The notes below the pieces were generated by a model. It did no database searches. It was not told where the DNA came from and worked only from the letters and a program-made list of their open reading frames with translations. Of a DNA stretch of 64,000 bases, positions 13,401 through 31,500 are shown piece by piece. The position numbers were made by a program, and so were the translations under genes. Origin of the DNA: Chrysomallon squamiferum (lineage: Eukaryota > Animalia > Mollusca); assembly GCA_012295275.1 (NCBI GenBank), contig CM022667.1, positions 18,786,001-18,850,000 of the forward strand, written 5' to 3'. Every line of letters starts with the position of its first letter. Position 1 is the first letter of the stretch.

Positions 13401-13789
13401 ATTACCTGTGCTGGCAACTTGCTGAGATCTTCAGTTCTGTTTTCATCCAGCTTGTCTTTCAGATTCAGCAGCAAAGTACCCATCTCCTTCATCTGCTCTG
13501 CCCACCTAGTCATCTGACTGCATGAATATACCTCACGGAAGGTGGCAGAAAACTCATCTCCTATACACTGAAATGAGGAGTCCTTTAAAGCCTTGGTGAG
13601 TGTTTCTGTCAGGTGGGTTCCTGCACCGACCAGATTTCTCACTGCACTATGGAACTCTTCAATGCTTTCACAACAGTCCTGCACTTCCTGGCTTGTAGCA
13701 TCGTTGCCATTCACTGTTACATGGAAAACTGATCTTGATTCATTGCTAGAAGACTGGTTACTGAAAAGATGTTTCTTAAGATTTTCCAT
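9421..13789 (-). CDS. GARRE1: GARRE1/KIAA0355-like protein (N-terminal helical DUF4745/BAR-like region plus Ser-rich tail with Trp-Pro motifs), ~636 aa, 8 coding exons
   Basis: Phase-consistent GT-AG exons: 13789-13406, 13116-12673, 12417-12213, 12043-11602, 11142-11020, 10231-10153, 9913-9736, 9476-9421 (TGA); total 1911 nt. Motifs EEELESVINLLSG, SDDSSSGEQFYAVGRDLVQAI and TWP resemble recalled KIAA0355 motifs (VIDFLSG; FSGPDLVAAV; TWP). Adjacent to GPI, as human GARRE1 is. The gene structure is more certain than the name. Confidence 0.7.
10410..10463. repeat. (TTA)n microsatellite in an intron of the GARRE1-like gene
   Basis: Pure ttattatta... run. Confidence 0.9.
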
Positions 13790-14535
13790 TTCAAATCCCA
13801 AATGGAATCTCACAGAATTTGTGGTACTAAATTTATTATTGCCAATATGTTATGAACACTGACGGTAAATATCACAGAAAAGAAATTTAACAATGTAAAT
13901 GACTGCTGCCGTTTTAAGGTTGGTATGAGCATTTAGGTAACATTACAACAAACCTATTTATGAGCACCATTCATATAAATACATATATTAACATACACAT
14001 TTATAAATAAATAGATTGAAAAAAAACTAAACAAATTATTCATTATATTTTTTAAAGCCTTCTATTATGGTAGATAAAAATAGTGTTCTTTCAAAAACAG
14101 TTTTATGTTTTTCAGACCAGGTGTCTGTTGGTTAATACAATCACAAAGATTTATATATTATTTAGAGCTTCCAGAAATATATTCTTTTTTTTGTTCTTAT
14201 CTTGATTCCTGACATCATGGACGGCGTAATTCAATCATCTGAATTTCTACCTTTTAGTTAGTGTAAACCATTACACGCTGGGTTATACCGTCTGCATTGA
14301 GCCAGCCAGTGCAGATATTACCCATAATGCAAAGAAGCCAGTCATTTTGTTTCCACTGAACATTTAATCAAAAACTGGAATTTTGGTAGCATTATCACTG
14401 TGCATCTGCAAAATGAATAAAATATATTCAAAACAAGTTTGAACTTTTGTTATATATACATAATTAAAAAAAAGCCCACTAAAACATGAAATATTAACAA
14501 AAATCAAAATTTATATAAATAATTTAGAAAAGATA

Positions 14536-14572
<37 letters not shown>

Positions 14573-15154
14573 ACAAAGTAAAGTATTTTATTTTATTTTA
14601 ATAAGTTTATATGGTGCATAATGAAAAAAAGGTAAAGAAAAAAAATTAAAAGTTATATAAGCTTAATATTCACAAAATGTATTATTACTGAAAAATCCTA
14701 TATTATTTTAAATTAAAAAATAAGTAAAATAAAATAAATATTAATTAATAACAACATGATAAATATAAAAAAAAAAATTAAATAAATAAAACATACATAT
14801 ACATAGATAGATATATATCTCATTAATACAAAGCAATGTTTGATCATTATTATTATTTTGTTTTTATAATACAATAAATTAAGTTCCAGTTCAGACCAGC
14901 TGCATACTTATGGCCAAATAAAATAATGATAAAGAACTAAATATGTATGTTGTTAACCATGTATTCAAGCATTTTTATTTAAGATGTTTCAGATGCTTGT
15001 CAAGAACACCCATTAATCTGCATTTACACATTTCATTGTTCACTGGTATCATAATCAATAGTTTTACATATATATATACACACACACACACACACACGAT
15101 TTGCTGAATGATTTCTTATATGGTTTTGTAGTATTTATGATTTTTGATTTTTAA

Positions 15155-15930
15155 TACTACATTGTTAAATCACTATTTATACAGTAACCATCATGAAGTT
15201 ATGTCAGTATTAAAATAACAATTGCCACACTTTTACATCATTACCTACACAATAACAAATACATTATTCCATCATTATTACATAACAATCACCACAGTTA
15301 CATCACTATTTACATTATAATCACATTGTTATATCAGTATTTACACAAACACTGTTTTGACAGTATTTATATAACAATCACCTAACTGTTACATCACTAT
15401 TAACAGAATTACCACCACATTGTTATGTTACTACTTGCACAATAATTGCCACATTGTTACATTACTGCTTACAGTAACCACCACATTGTTACATCACTAC
15501 ATATACAGTAACAGTACACTGTTACATCACTATTTGCACAGTAACCACAGCTCTTTATATTATTACATAATAATCACCACACTGATACATCACCATTTAC
15601 ACAACAGCCACCACTGTGACATGACTATTTATATAATAATTACCATGTTGTTACATTACTACTAATTACACAGTAACTATCACTCACTACTTATGGTAAC
15701 ACCACACTGTTACATTACCATTTACAAAATAATCATCATGTTACATCACATTTAATAATCACCACACTGTTAAATCACCATGTACAAAATAACCACCATA
15801 ATGTTGCATCACTTTTTACATTGTAAAGACACATTGTAACATCATGGTTTACAAAATAATTGCCACATTGTTACATCACCATTTACAGAATAACCATCAC
15901 AATTTTACACCACTATTTACTCTGTGAAAA
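15155..15930. repeat. Degenerate minisatellite, ~32-34 bp unit (approx. ACATTGTTACATCACTATTTACACAGTAACCACC)
   Basis: Recurrent ttgttacatcac / tttaca / taaccacc motifs at about 32-34 bp spacing. Explains the His/Tyr/Thr-rich spurious ORFs. Confidence 0.8.
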
Positions 15931-18558
15931 CAAGATTACATCATTGTTCAATACCCTGTTATATCGCAATTACCCATTAATCAGTGTTATCATTGACTTT
16001 ATAGTACCAAAGTCACCTACACTGATCACTAACAAAAAAGATTTTATATTACCAATTGACAATAACATAAACACAGACTACATTTAACAAGTTATTAATG
16101 ACTTTGATACTGATTATATACACAGCATCTGGGATGTACACTATAACATAAAGTAAGTAAATACTATTTTACAAAATATGTGTGTTTTTTTGAAACCAAC
16201 ATTACAATAAAATATTTATTTTTTCTTTGGTTACACATTATTTCTCTTAAAATGAAAAACTGAAACAATTTTCATATGTAAAAATGTATAAGCTAAAACA
16301 ACTTAAATATACTTTTAAAAAAAAATCCCCAAACAATCATCCATTCCCTCCTATCTGGAAAAATATATGTAAATAATACCTAATGAATTGATGTGTAAGT
16401 CAAAAAAAAAAAAAAAAAAAACCCAGCCACATCCACAAGTGATTAAATAATACTAAGTTGACATGTATGTACAAAACATATTATATAAATAACACATACT
16501 AATTTGAGGTGTACTTACAGAAAAAAAAAAAGACATAAAAAATACTTACTGAATTGACATATAAAATGATATATGTATAAATAAATGGCAAAAGTTGGTG
16601 AAGAACAAGAGGTGAAAAAAACAATAACTGTGTTATTATGGACAGTGTATGAATCACTGACACATGGCAGGGGCCAGTAATCAGTGTATGATGTATAAAA
16701 AACCAGCATGTCAATATAAATTTCCTGTTGGTGAGCAGTTTATGTACATGAATTTACTTGCACTCTGCCTCTGGAACAGCTGGTAAAACAGTGCTAATTT
16801 TAAGCATGGCACACACACACACACACACACACACAATCAATACTATTATGTTTCACACTATTTGCTTATGGCCTAGGGATTTTCAGTGTTGATGGTATTT
16901 GACGTTTATTTATAATGTAGAAAATAAATTATGGAAATCCTATCATTAAAGTAGTTAAATGTAAAATTTCATAACATGACTCATTTTAAAATAACTTTTT
17001 AAATTTATATCTCACACTGACACACACTTCCAGTTCTGTGAATAAAAAATGTACATTTTTATGTAGATTCTATAAACAAAAACAAAATAAAATGAACTAT
17101 TTACAGATTATTTTTATGCAATTTCTCTCCTTTCTTTAAAATGCAGATGATATAAGATAAAAGGAAAATGAATAAAAAAATGTTTTCAGGTCAATATTTA
17201 TTTAAATAACAGTGCTTTCATATCTAGTAGTTAATTTTTTTTTAAAGTTGTTTTACAACCTAATCCAAGAAAAACAACATTAGTTATTGAAGGCTCTTTA
17301 TTTTACAGAAAAACATGAAAAAAAAAAGAAATTAATAGTTACCTCATTCAAAACTCCTCAGTACCTTTAATTAATTAAACAAAATAATATGTAATATGTT
17401 ATTATTGGGTTTTGTTGGTGTTATTCTTTTAAGCTTTTATTTCTATATTAGATGATTCTTTTGGAACTCCTTGTATTTCTTCTTCAGTTAGCTATCCTTT
17501 TTCTTGGTTATCAATATTATTTAACTCATTTTACATGAAGAAGTCACTAACACATTTATACTAAAAGATCATTAAATCTAGTTAAATTCTTTATTTTAGA
17601 TAGTAAATACATATGGTGTAAATACATTTTAACTGTTTACATTGTTCTCTTTCTGATAGTTATCTATATTATTAATCATATTTATCATAAATAAAGTTAA
17701 AATTATAGAAGTTACTCACAATCGATGGTAATGCTTTCCCTTTTATCATAACATTTTAAAACAAAAATTACATAAAATGCAATCTGAAATAAATGCATTG
17801 GTGGTAGGTTTCCTTGATTTAATATATATATATATATAAAATGTAGAAAATGTAGATCTTCATGCATTCTGAAAAATGTTATTTTACTGTTATTGAATGA
17901 ATGATGAAAAAAAATTAAACAACAGAAAAAATAAAAATAATAACTTGAAAGTTTACAAAATATATCACTGAAGTTCTTGTTCATAAATGTGCATGATAAA
18001 TAAAGCTAAAAACAAAATCAAGTTAAAAGCATACAATAAAGAAATGTTTTACAACATATGCTCCTGGCAGAACTACTTGCCAATGTCAAAAGACAAACAT
18101 AAACTGAAATAGGATTCAGCAGCTACATATTTTCTTTCACCTTTTAAAGATTAAAAATTAAGAAATTAATACAAATAAATGGAAATACCTGTAGAAAGAA
18201 AAATGTACTTTACACGCAGTAGATCACACTTATTAAACATTTTAAGCACTTAAGTGACCTTTTAATATAAAATCAATATTTATGTTTCTGATCATGTATA
18301 ATATAGGTGCCTAATATCATAACTGCGATTGATATAGTCACATAGTGATAGCAGAAAAATAATGAAGTGTTTTTTTATAGGCAGGACTGTTTTATCTTGT
18401 GAATAGTTATTTTTATATAGAACTCTTAACATGCTTCTATACATTAACTGCCATATTATTTTTGTTCAACATAGGAGACAAAAGAAGTTTGCTATTAAAA
18501 TGTAGTTCTTTCTTTCAAGGAAAGTTTAACTTTTGGTTACTGGGGAAAATGTCTAAAT

Positions 18559-18844
18559 CATAGGTTTTCAACCTGGGGGTCGCCAGCCTTTTTTATGGGA
18601 TTGGGATCATTCTTGAACGAGGGTATGTTTTAGCTTTTTTCAACTCAACTTGGAAGGAGGAATTTAATAAATATGTGTAGATAGGTTTGGGACCCGTCAT
18701 AATGAATATAGATTCCTTTTGAACTGTCTTTGGTTGATGAAAATATAGTAACCCTAGATATTACTGAATCAAACATTTTAGAGGGGTCATCGGTCATGAG
18801 TTGCTCATAAGGGGTTGCAGTATGAAAAAGGTTGAAAACCAGTG
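18559..18844. mobile_element. hAT (Charlie/Buster-type) MITE, ~286 bp
   Basis: TIRs CATAGGTTTTCAACCT ... AGGTTGAAAACCAGTG. Flanking 8-bp TSD gtctaaat (18551-18558) / ggctaaat (18845-18852) matches at 7/8 and has the central TA typical of the Buster group. Confidence 0.8.
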
Positions 18845-19236
18845 GGCTAAATAATGTCTGTCTTTCTGAATAAGAACAATGTGCAGTATGTTTAATATCA
18901 TTGTATATGTCTGTGTAAAACATTTTGTTTAATCAGTTTATACAGTTCTTCACTGTTAAGATTTAAAAAAATATATCTTGACATGTTATAACATATACTG
19001 TTTATAAATAATTTAATTAATTAAAATATAGTTTGTGCATTTACTGAAATCCACACTGCCTGCCCAATCAAAAAATCTAATTTTCTTAGAGTTGGCATTA
19101 CAATTTACATTGATATAACATGAACAAATTTATAAATGTTTAATGTTCATCATTGGTGAACATTGAAAAAAAGAAAAAACGTTTGTGTGTGTGTCCACTT
19201 TTCAAAAAACATAGAACAAAAATGTTTAAAAGCTTT

Positions 19237-19274
<38 letters not shown>

Positions 19275-19544
19275 CTTAATTACATACAGTAGCATTACGA
19301 TTATACTGATGATATGCCAACTCCAAAAATATCTATACTATAATGCATAATTATACAAGTATTAACTATTAAGTATTATGACTATGAGTATACTTAACAT
19401 TATAAACATATCTAAAATACTAAATATAAACAATAAGTTTAGTAACAAAGGGTTTTTAAACATTTATGATTTAATTATCTATATATATATATACACACAC
19501 GATCGAAAATAAATTTATAATAAATAAAAAAACAAAAGATTTAT

Positions 19545-19670
19545 ACTCACAAAATTACAACTACTATCTAATGACAAATAAATGTCTTCTTAACCGGATA
19601 TCCTCCCCACAAAACCCGGAAGGTCAAGGACGATCCAAGAAATCCTTGAAGTTAAGGTCAACGATAAGAA
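19545..19670. promoter_or_regulatory. Candidate bidirectional promoter for GPI (+) and the GARRE1-like gene (-), with a possible minus-strand non-coding first exon
   Basis: Minus-strand consensus splice donor GTGAGT at 19550-19545. ETS-type CCGGAAG at 19616-19622 and AAGGTCA half-sites at 19620 and 19654. Local CpG enrichment just upstream of the GPI ATG (19671). Confidence 0.45.
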
Positions 19671-26151
<6,481 letters not shown>

Positions 26152-28428
26152 ATACAGTATTCTGTTGATTTTTGATAAACATAAATTTTATTTGTTCGAG
26201 TTAATTTTCTTTAGACTGGTGGCATAATTTTATTAGTGCAATTGATATTAAAAATTAGTTTTACAAACTATAGCTTGGATAAATTATATTAGATCTTGCA
26301 TATAAATGGAACTGATATATGAGAATTCTGTGATAACACTTAAAATACTTTTGTCGGATGTCTTATATTTATAAATTCTTTAGTTTATGTATGAAACTGA
26401 ATAAAACAATCAAATAACCATTAGTAAACATATAATGCAGTGTTAGTTTTTACATTAAGAACAATGACGTGAAACATCTAAGCATATTTAAAAATAAAAC
26501 TGGTTTTTCTTAGGGCTCTGAGAATATGTTTTCAGCTGTAAGCATTTAAATGGAATAAGCTCTGCCAACAGAAATATAAAATGGAATAAAAAATATTTAA
26601 GTGCTTATTTAACATTTTATTACTCTGTTGAACAGTGGATTGTTTATATTGTTGTTTGTTTTAGATATATTATTCCTGTTAAATAATTCATATACAGTAA
26701 TTATAATCACATATTCTTAAGTTTTTGTGATTACTTGATTTTAAAATGTATTGTTTTATCAATTTCTGTTTATTAGATTTAGTCCTAAACATTAACAAAT
26801 GCACTTTCAATTTTTTTTTTTGTATTATCTTGTTATATTAAATTTTAAATTATGATGGTGTTTTTGTTATTTATTTAACAGTTTTTTATATTAAATTCCA
26901 TCAAGTTGTGGAGACTGTATGTTATATGGTTGATAAACAGAAAACTCTGTAAAACATTCAGAAGCAGCAGAAATCAAAGTCAAATTGTATTATGAATTTA
27001 AAAATAAATAAATAAACAATCTGACTACAAATAAATCCCATCATGATGTGTGCTTAATAAATTCTATATCAGATTCAGATTTCCAAGTGCACAACTTCTT
27101 CCTTCAGATTGTTATTAAGTTACAATAATAAAATTCAAATTCAGATCTCAAGTGGAACAACAAAATAAACTGTCCACAACAGAATGCCTGATTTAATTAA
27201 AGTTGAAGTAAGTGTTCCATGATAGGTGTATAACATTGTACTTTACTTGGAAGGTAACATGACTCCTACTGGTAATGTACGACTAAATTAATCTTTGGAA
27301 ACATCATATATCTTTATCATGAACAGTTACTGAGTTAGCTGTTTAAAATATACTTATGATGCATTACATGTTCCTCCTCTAAGACTTAGTAAGAGTCTAA
27401 GTAGTATAATATTAAAATTATAATAAAAAGTAACCATCCAATGATCCATCATGATCATCAAAGGCATAAGATGAATAACATTATATGATTATAACAATCA
27501 TAAGACAATTATGATAATTATAATGAAAATAGTTGTTAATTAAAACCACCTGCAAATACTGATCATTCTGACCGTTGGCTGAATTTCACTGAGAATAGGA
27601 TTTTTAAAATTTTCGAATGTCTAGATAAAGATCGCAACCTACGTCAACATTTATTTCGAACTAGTCTTGTGGCTTATATTAAGAGTTGTGCCCCTTAAAA
27701 CGACTCCCTCCCGTAAAAGACAAGAGAGGATACCCCTAAAATACGGACTACATTTCTTTTTTAAGATTTTTTTTTTATATATTTTAAAATTTATTTCATC
27801 CATCCTTCTAGTAAGTTCAAGCGCAAAAGTATTAAAACTGGTAACCATAATATTATTTATAAAAATATTTTTTTTATATATTTTAAAGTAATTGTTACCG
27901 ATATACATCATAATTAGTACTAATGAAATTATTTGCTAGTTTGCTATTGTCTTTAACTCCGTATTTTAGAAGCATCCATATACGCGATACCAGCCGCGTT
28001 GTCGTTTGAGCTAATGTGTTATTTCTTTTGATAATGCCTTAGTGGTATGCATACTGTGATTTAAATACCTAGTACTATTTTATTTATGTAGTTAATTAAG
28101 TTTTTAGTTAATCATATGAATTCTATTACAAACATCAGGATATTTATTATTATTTATTAATAAAGAGAATAACATAACCGAGTCAAAAAATGCATTATGA
28201 TTATGGTCATAAACCCAATTTCCACTATAATTTCATTATCTTGTCAGTTTTTCTCGGTCATCTCACATTAATATAAAGTTTTAAATTCAATTATCCAGAC
28301 AGTTTATAAACCGTTTTATATTAATCGTGAGCACCAGAAAAAAAGAAGAGTTGTAAACGCTAAAGCTATAGCATACATTATATTATTGACAGTTCTTGTC
28401 AACTCATTTTTCAGATTTTCATTACACC

Positions 28429-28460
<32 letters not shown>

Positions 28461-28573
28461 CCTCCTGCCTTGAAAAATATTAATTTAAAATCTGCATTTG
28501 CCATTCCACTAACAATTACATCTTTATTTTTATTATTATTTTATATACTTCTTGGTATATCTGTAGGTCAGTA

Positions 28574-31500
28574 ATGGCAGAATCCAAAACAGAACAGACC
28601 ACTGATTCAGCAGATTCTGTTCCCTCATTGCCAGCTGTAACAAATCAGCAGAAAGAATTTGCAAAGCAGGCTCAGGAGGAATTTGAAAATAAGCAGTATT
28701 CGACATGTATCTCTTGGATGACAAAACTTGCAGCACAGCGGCCTGCTGACAGCAAAGTGACTCACAACAAAGCTGTAGCTGAGTTTTATAGTAATGGATT
28801 TAAAAATGTTGAATCATTCAGACAGTCTCTGCAGAACTTGTGTCAGTTGGTAATTGTTTATTAATATTTTCTTTTAACTATATATTTAAAATAAGCACTT
28901 ACTGATTTGACTCTTTTTCCAGATAAGTATAATACAATATTTTTCAAACAAATGAAAGAATAAGATTATTCTATGTATTTTATTTGACATAATACTTCTA
29001 TAGAATGATAGTAATTTTTGACAGTTCATTATTTATATACAGAGTAGTATATTGGTAGATTACTACTTTAAATATCTGCAGTATATATTATAAATCATGT
29101 TATTATTAATTTTCTTTATAATATATTAAGCTGGTGTAACAAACCTGTTAACTATTTGTGAACAATTTTAAAATTGTGCAGACTAATGTCAACTTGGACA
29201 GTCGAGAGGATGTTGATCATGCACTGATATTTTATAACCAGTGCATTGTCCTGTACCATCTTCGACAGTACCACACAGCTCAGGCCATTCTTGATAAACT
29301 GTTTCAAGTTGTAGAATCTCTAGGTAAATTTCTATTTCTTATCATTTTTATCTAAAATTTTAAACATATGTGTGACATTATATTTCTATTTCGATCAATC
29401 AGGCTAAAACAAATATATATATTTTTTTGGTTAATTCCAATTGCTAAATATATTCATTATCTGTAAATGCAACTGTAAATGTCATTTCACATATCAGATA
29501 TTGTGATTTCAGGTTAAGTATAGATACATTCAAATATTTAGAATTAGAATAATAATGAAATGTTTTACAATCTTTGACAGATGAATATTTAACAAAGAAA
29601 ACACTGTTACTTCTGGTTGAACTGTATCTCTGCACACATCAGGTAGTTCTCTTGTGGTTATTATTTTAAAAATATTTGAGATTAATATTTTAAATAAGGA
29701 CTAAAAATTAAGCAAACTAAATATTATCTAAAGTTAAAATTGAACAATACTTATCTTTTTATTATTCTTAAATTAGGAGGTAAAGTTTTTTTAATATATT
29801 TTTTTATGGGTAACATTTTCTACGTGCATGCTTATATAATAAATGTTTTCATTTTGCTTGAAAAAGTATGTTTTGTGATGTTCAAATTTAATTTTGGTTG
29901 TATACATCACATATGTTTATATAATTTCAGCCTGAAAAAGCAATGGGATTGATTGGTTACATGGAGAAATTGTATTTAACAAGTAACAAAAGTACTTCAG
30001 GTGAAGGAGAGGATGAGAAGGGTGATAAAGAAAGCAAAGACAGCAAGGACAACAAAGATGGTGGTGACAGTGAAAACTGGAAAGCAAGAATTAGCATGGT
30101 TAATCTCTTTTTCTTTTTAAATTTTTGATGTGGTATGGCTAATTGCTTAATATCCATTTTCCTGTTTTTATTTATTTTTAAAAATTTAACTTATTTAATA
30201 TATTTTTAAATTTATCATAGTGTTTGTTTTATCATTGGTAAAATAGTTCTGTATTAAATATAATCTAGACGACTTTGTTATATAATCTGCCTTTGTGTTT
30301 TTTCAGCCAGTGATATCATTAACATTTATTTGCAGTTAATCAAATACTTACATAAGTTTGTTTGTAATTAAACTATTACAGACATGCTTTAAATGTAATA
30401 TTTTGATTTTACAGTACAAAACAAGATGTCTTATCATGCTGAAGTCAACCAAACTGTGTAAAAGAGAAGTGAAATCTCTCATCTCAGCTCAGCCAAATGT
30501 AAGTACAGTGGTACCTTTACTTACGAGTTTTCCAAGTTACGAGCAGTTGCTTGGTAGATTTTTTGTTTTGAGTTGTGAGCCAAAATTTGAGTTACGAGCA
30601 AGCTTCAGATATGCTGCCACTAGTTGGCGCAAAGAACAACACAACATCCACCTAGCATCCCATGTATCACCATGGATCGTAAGAAAGTGATTGCAAAGGA
30701 CAGTGCTGACAAGCAGCGGATGATGTCCATTGAATTAAAGCATGAAATCATAGAAAAACGTGAGCCAGGTGTGCATGTAGTTGACTTGGTTAGGCAGTAT
30801 GAGCATAGTACCATACTGAAGCAGGAGTCGATAAAGGCTGTAACTCCAACCAAAAGCGTTAAAATAATTTGTCATGATAAATGTACGTTATAAAACCAAT
30901 TTATTTCTTTACATTCTCTTTTGTTTTTTATACATTATGTTTCATTTATAAATACATTTTTCTTACTTAAAAACACAGTACAAAAAAAATGGGGATTAAT
31001 GGTATTTCAGTTAATTTCAGTTGGGAAACTGATTTGATATATGAGGAAATTGAGTTACAAGCTGAGTCACGTAATGAATTAAACTTGTAACTCAAGGTAC
31101 CACTGTAATTTAAAAACTCTGACTTAAAAATCAATTCTTAACATTTAGTTTAATGCTAACTGAAAGTTTTCAGTGGTTAATTAGACATTGAACCTAACAG
31201 TTATTATTCAGATCACCATTTACAAGAAATAAATTGATGTAATATTTGGAACTTATTTTAATGTTTATAATATAAAAACTTGAATGATTTGAGTTTTTAA
31301 ATTTGATTATGATAATTTCATTTATGTAAAATATGATCCACAATAATCACTTAATAACTTTTTTAAAGGTTATAGTTATGAATCAAATTTGGATTAAGTT
31401 TAATTTCTGTGTTGTACACAAATTTGATGTTGGATGTTTATGATTATAGATATATATTTCTGCGATGTAATCATGTTACATATTTGTTATTCTTTATTTC

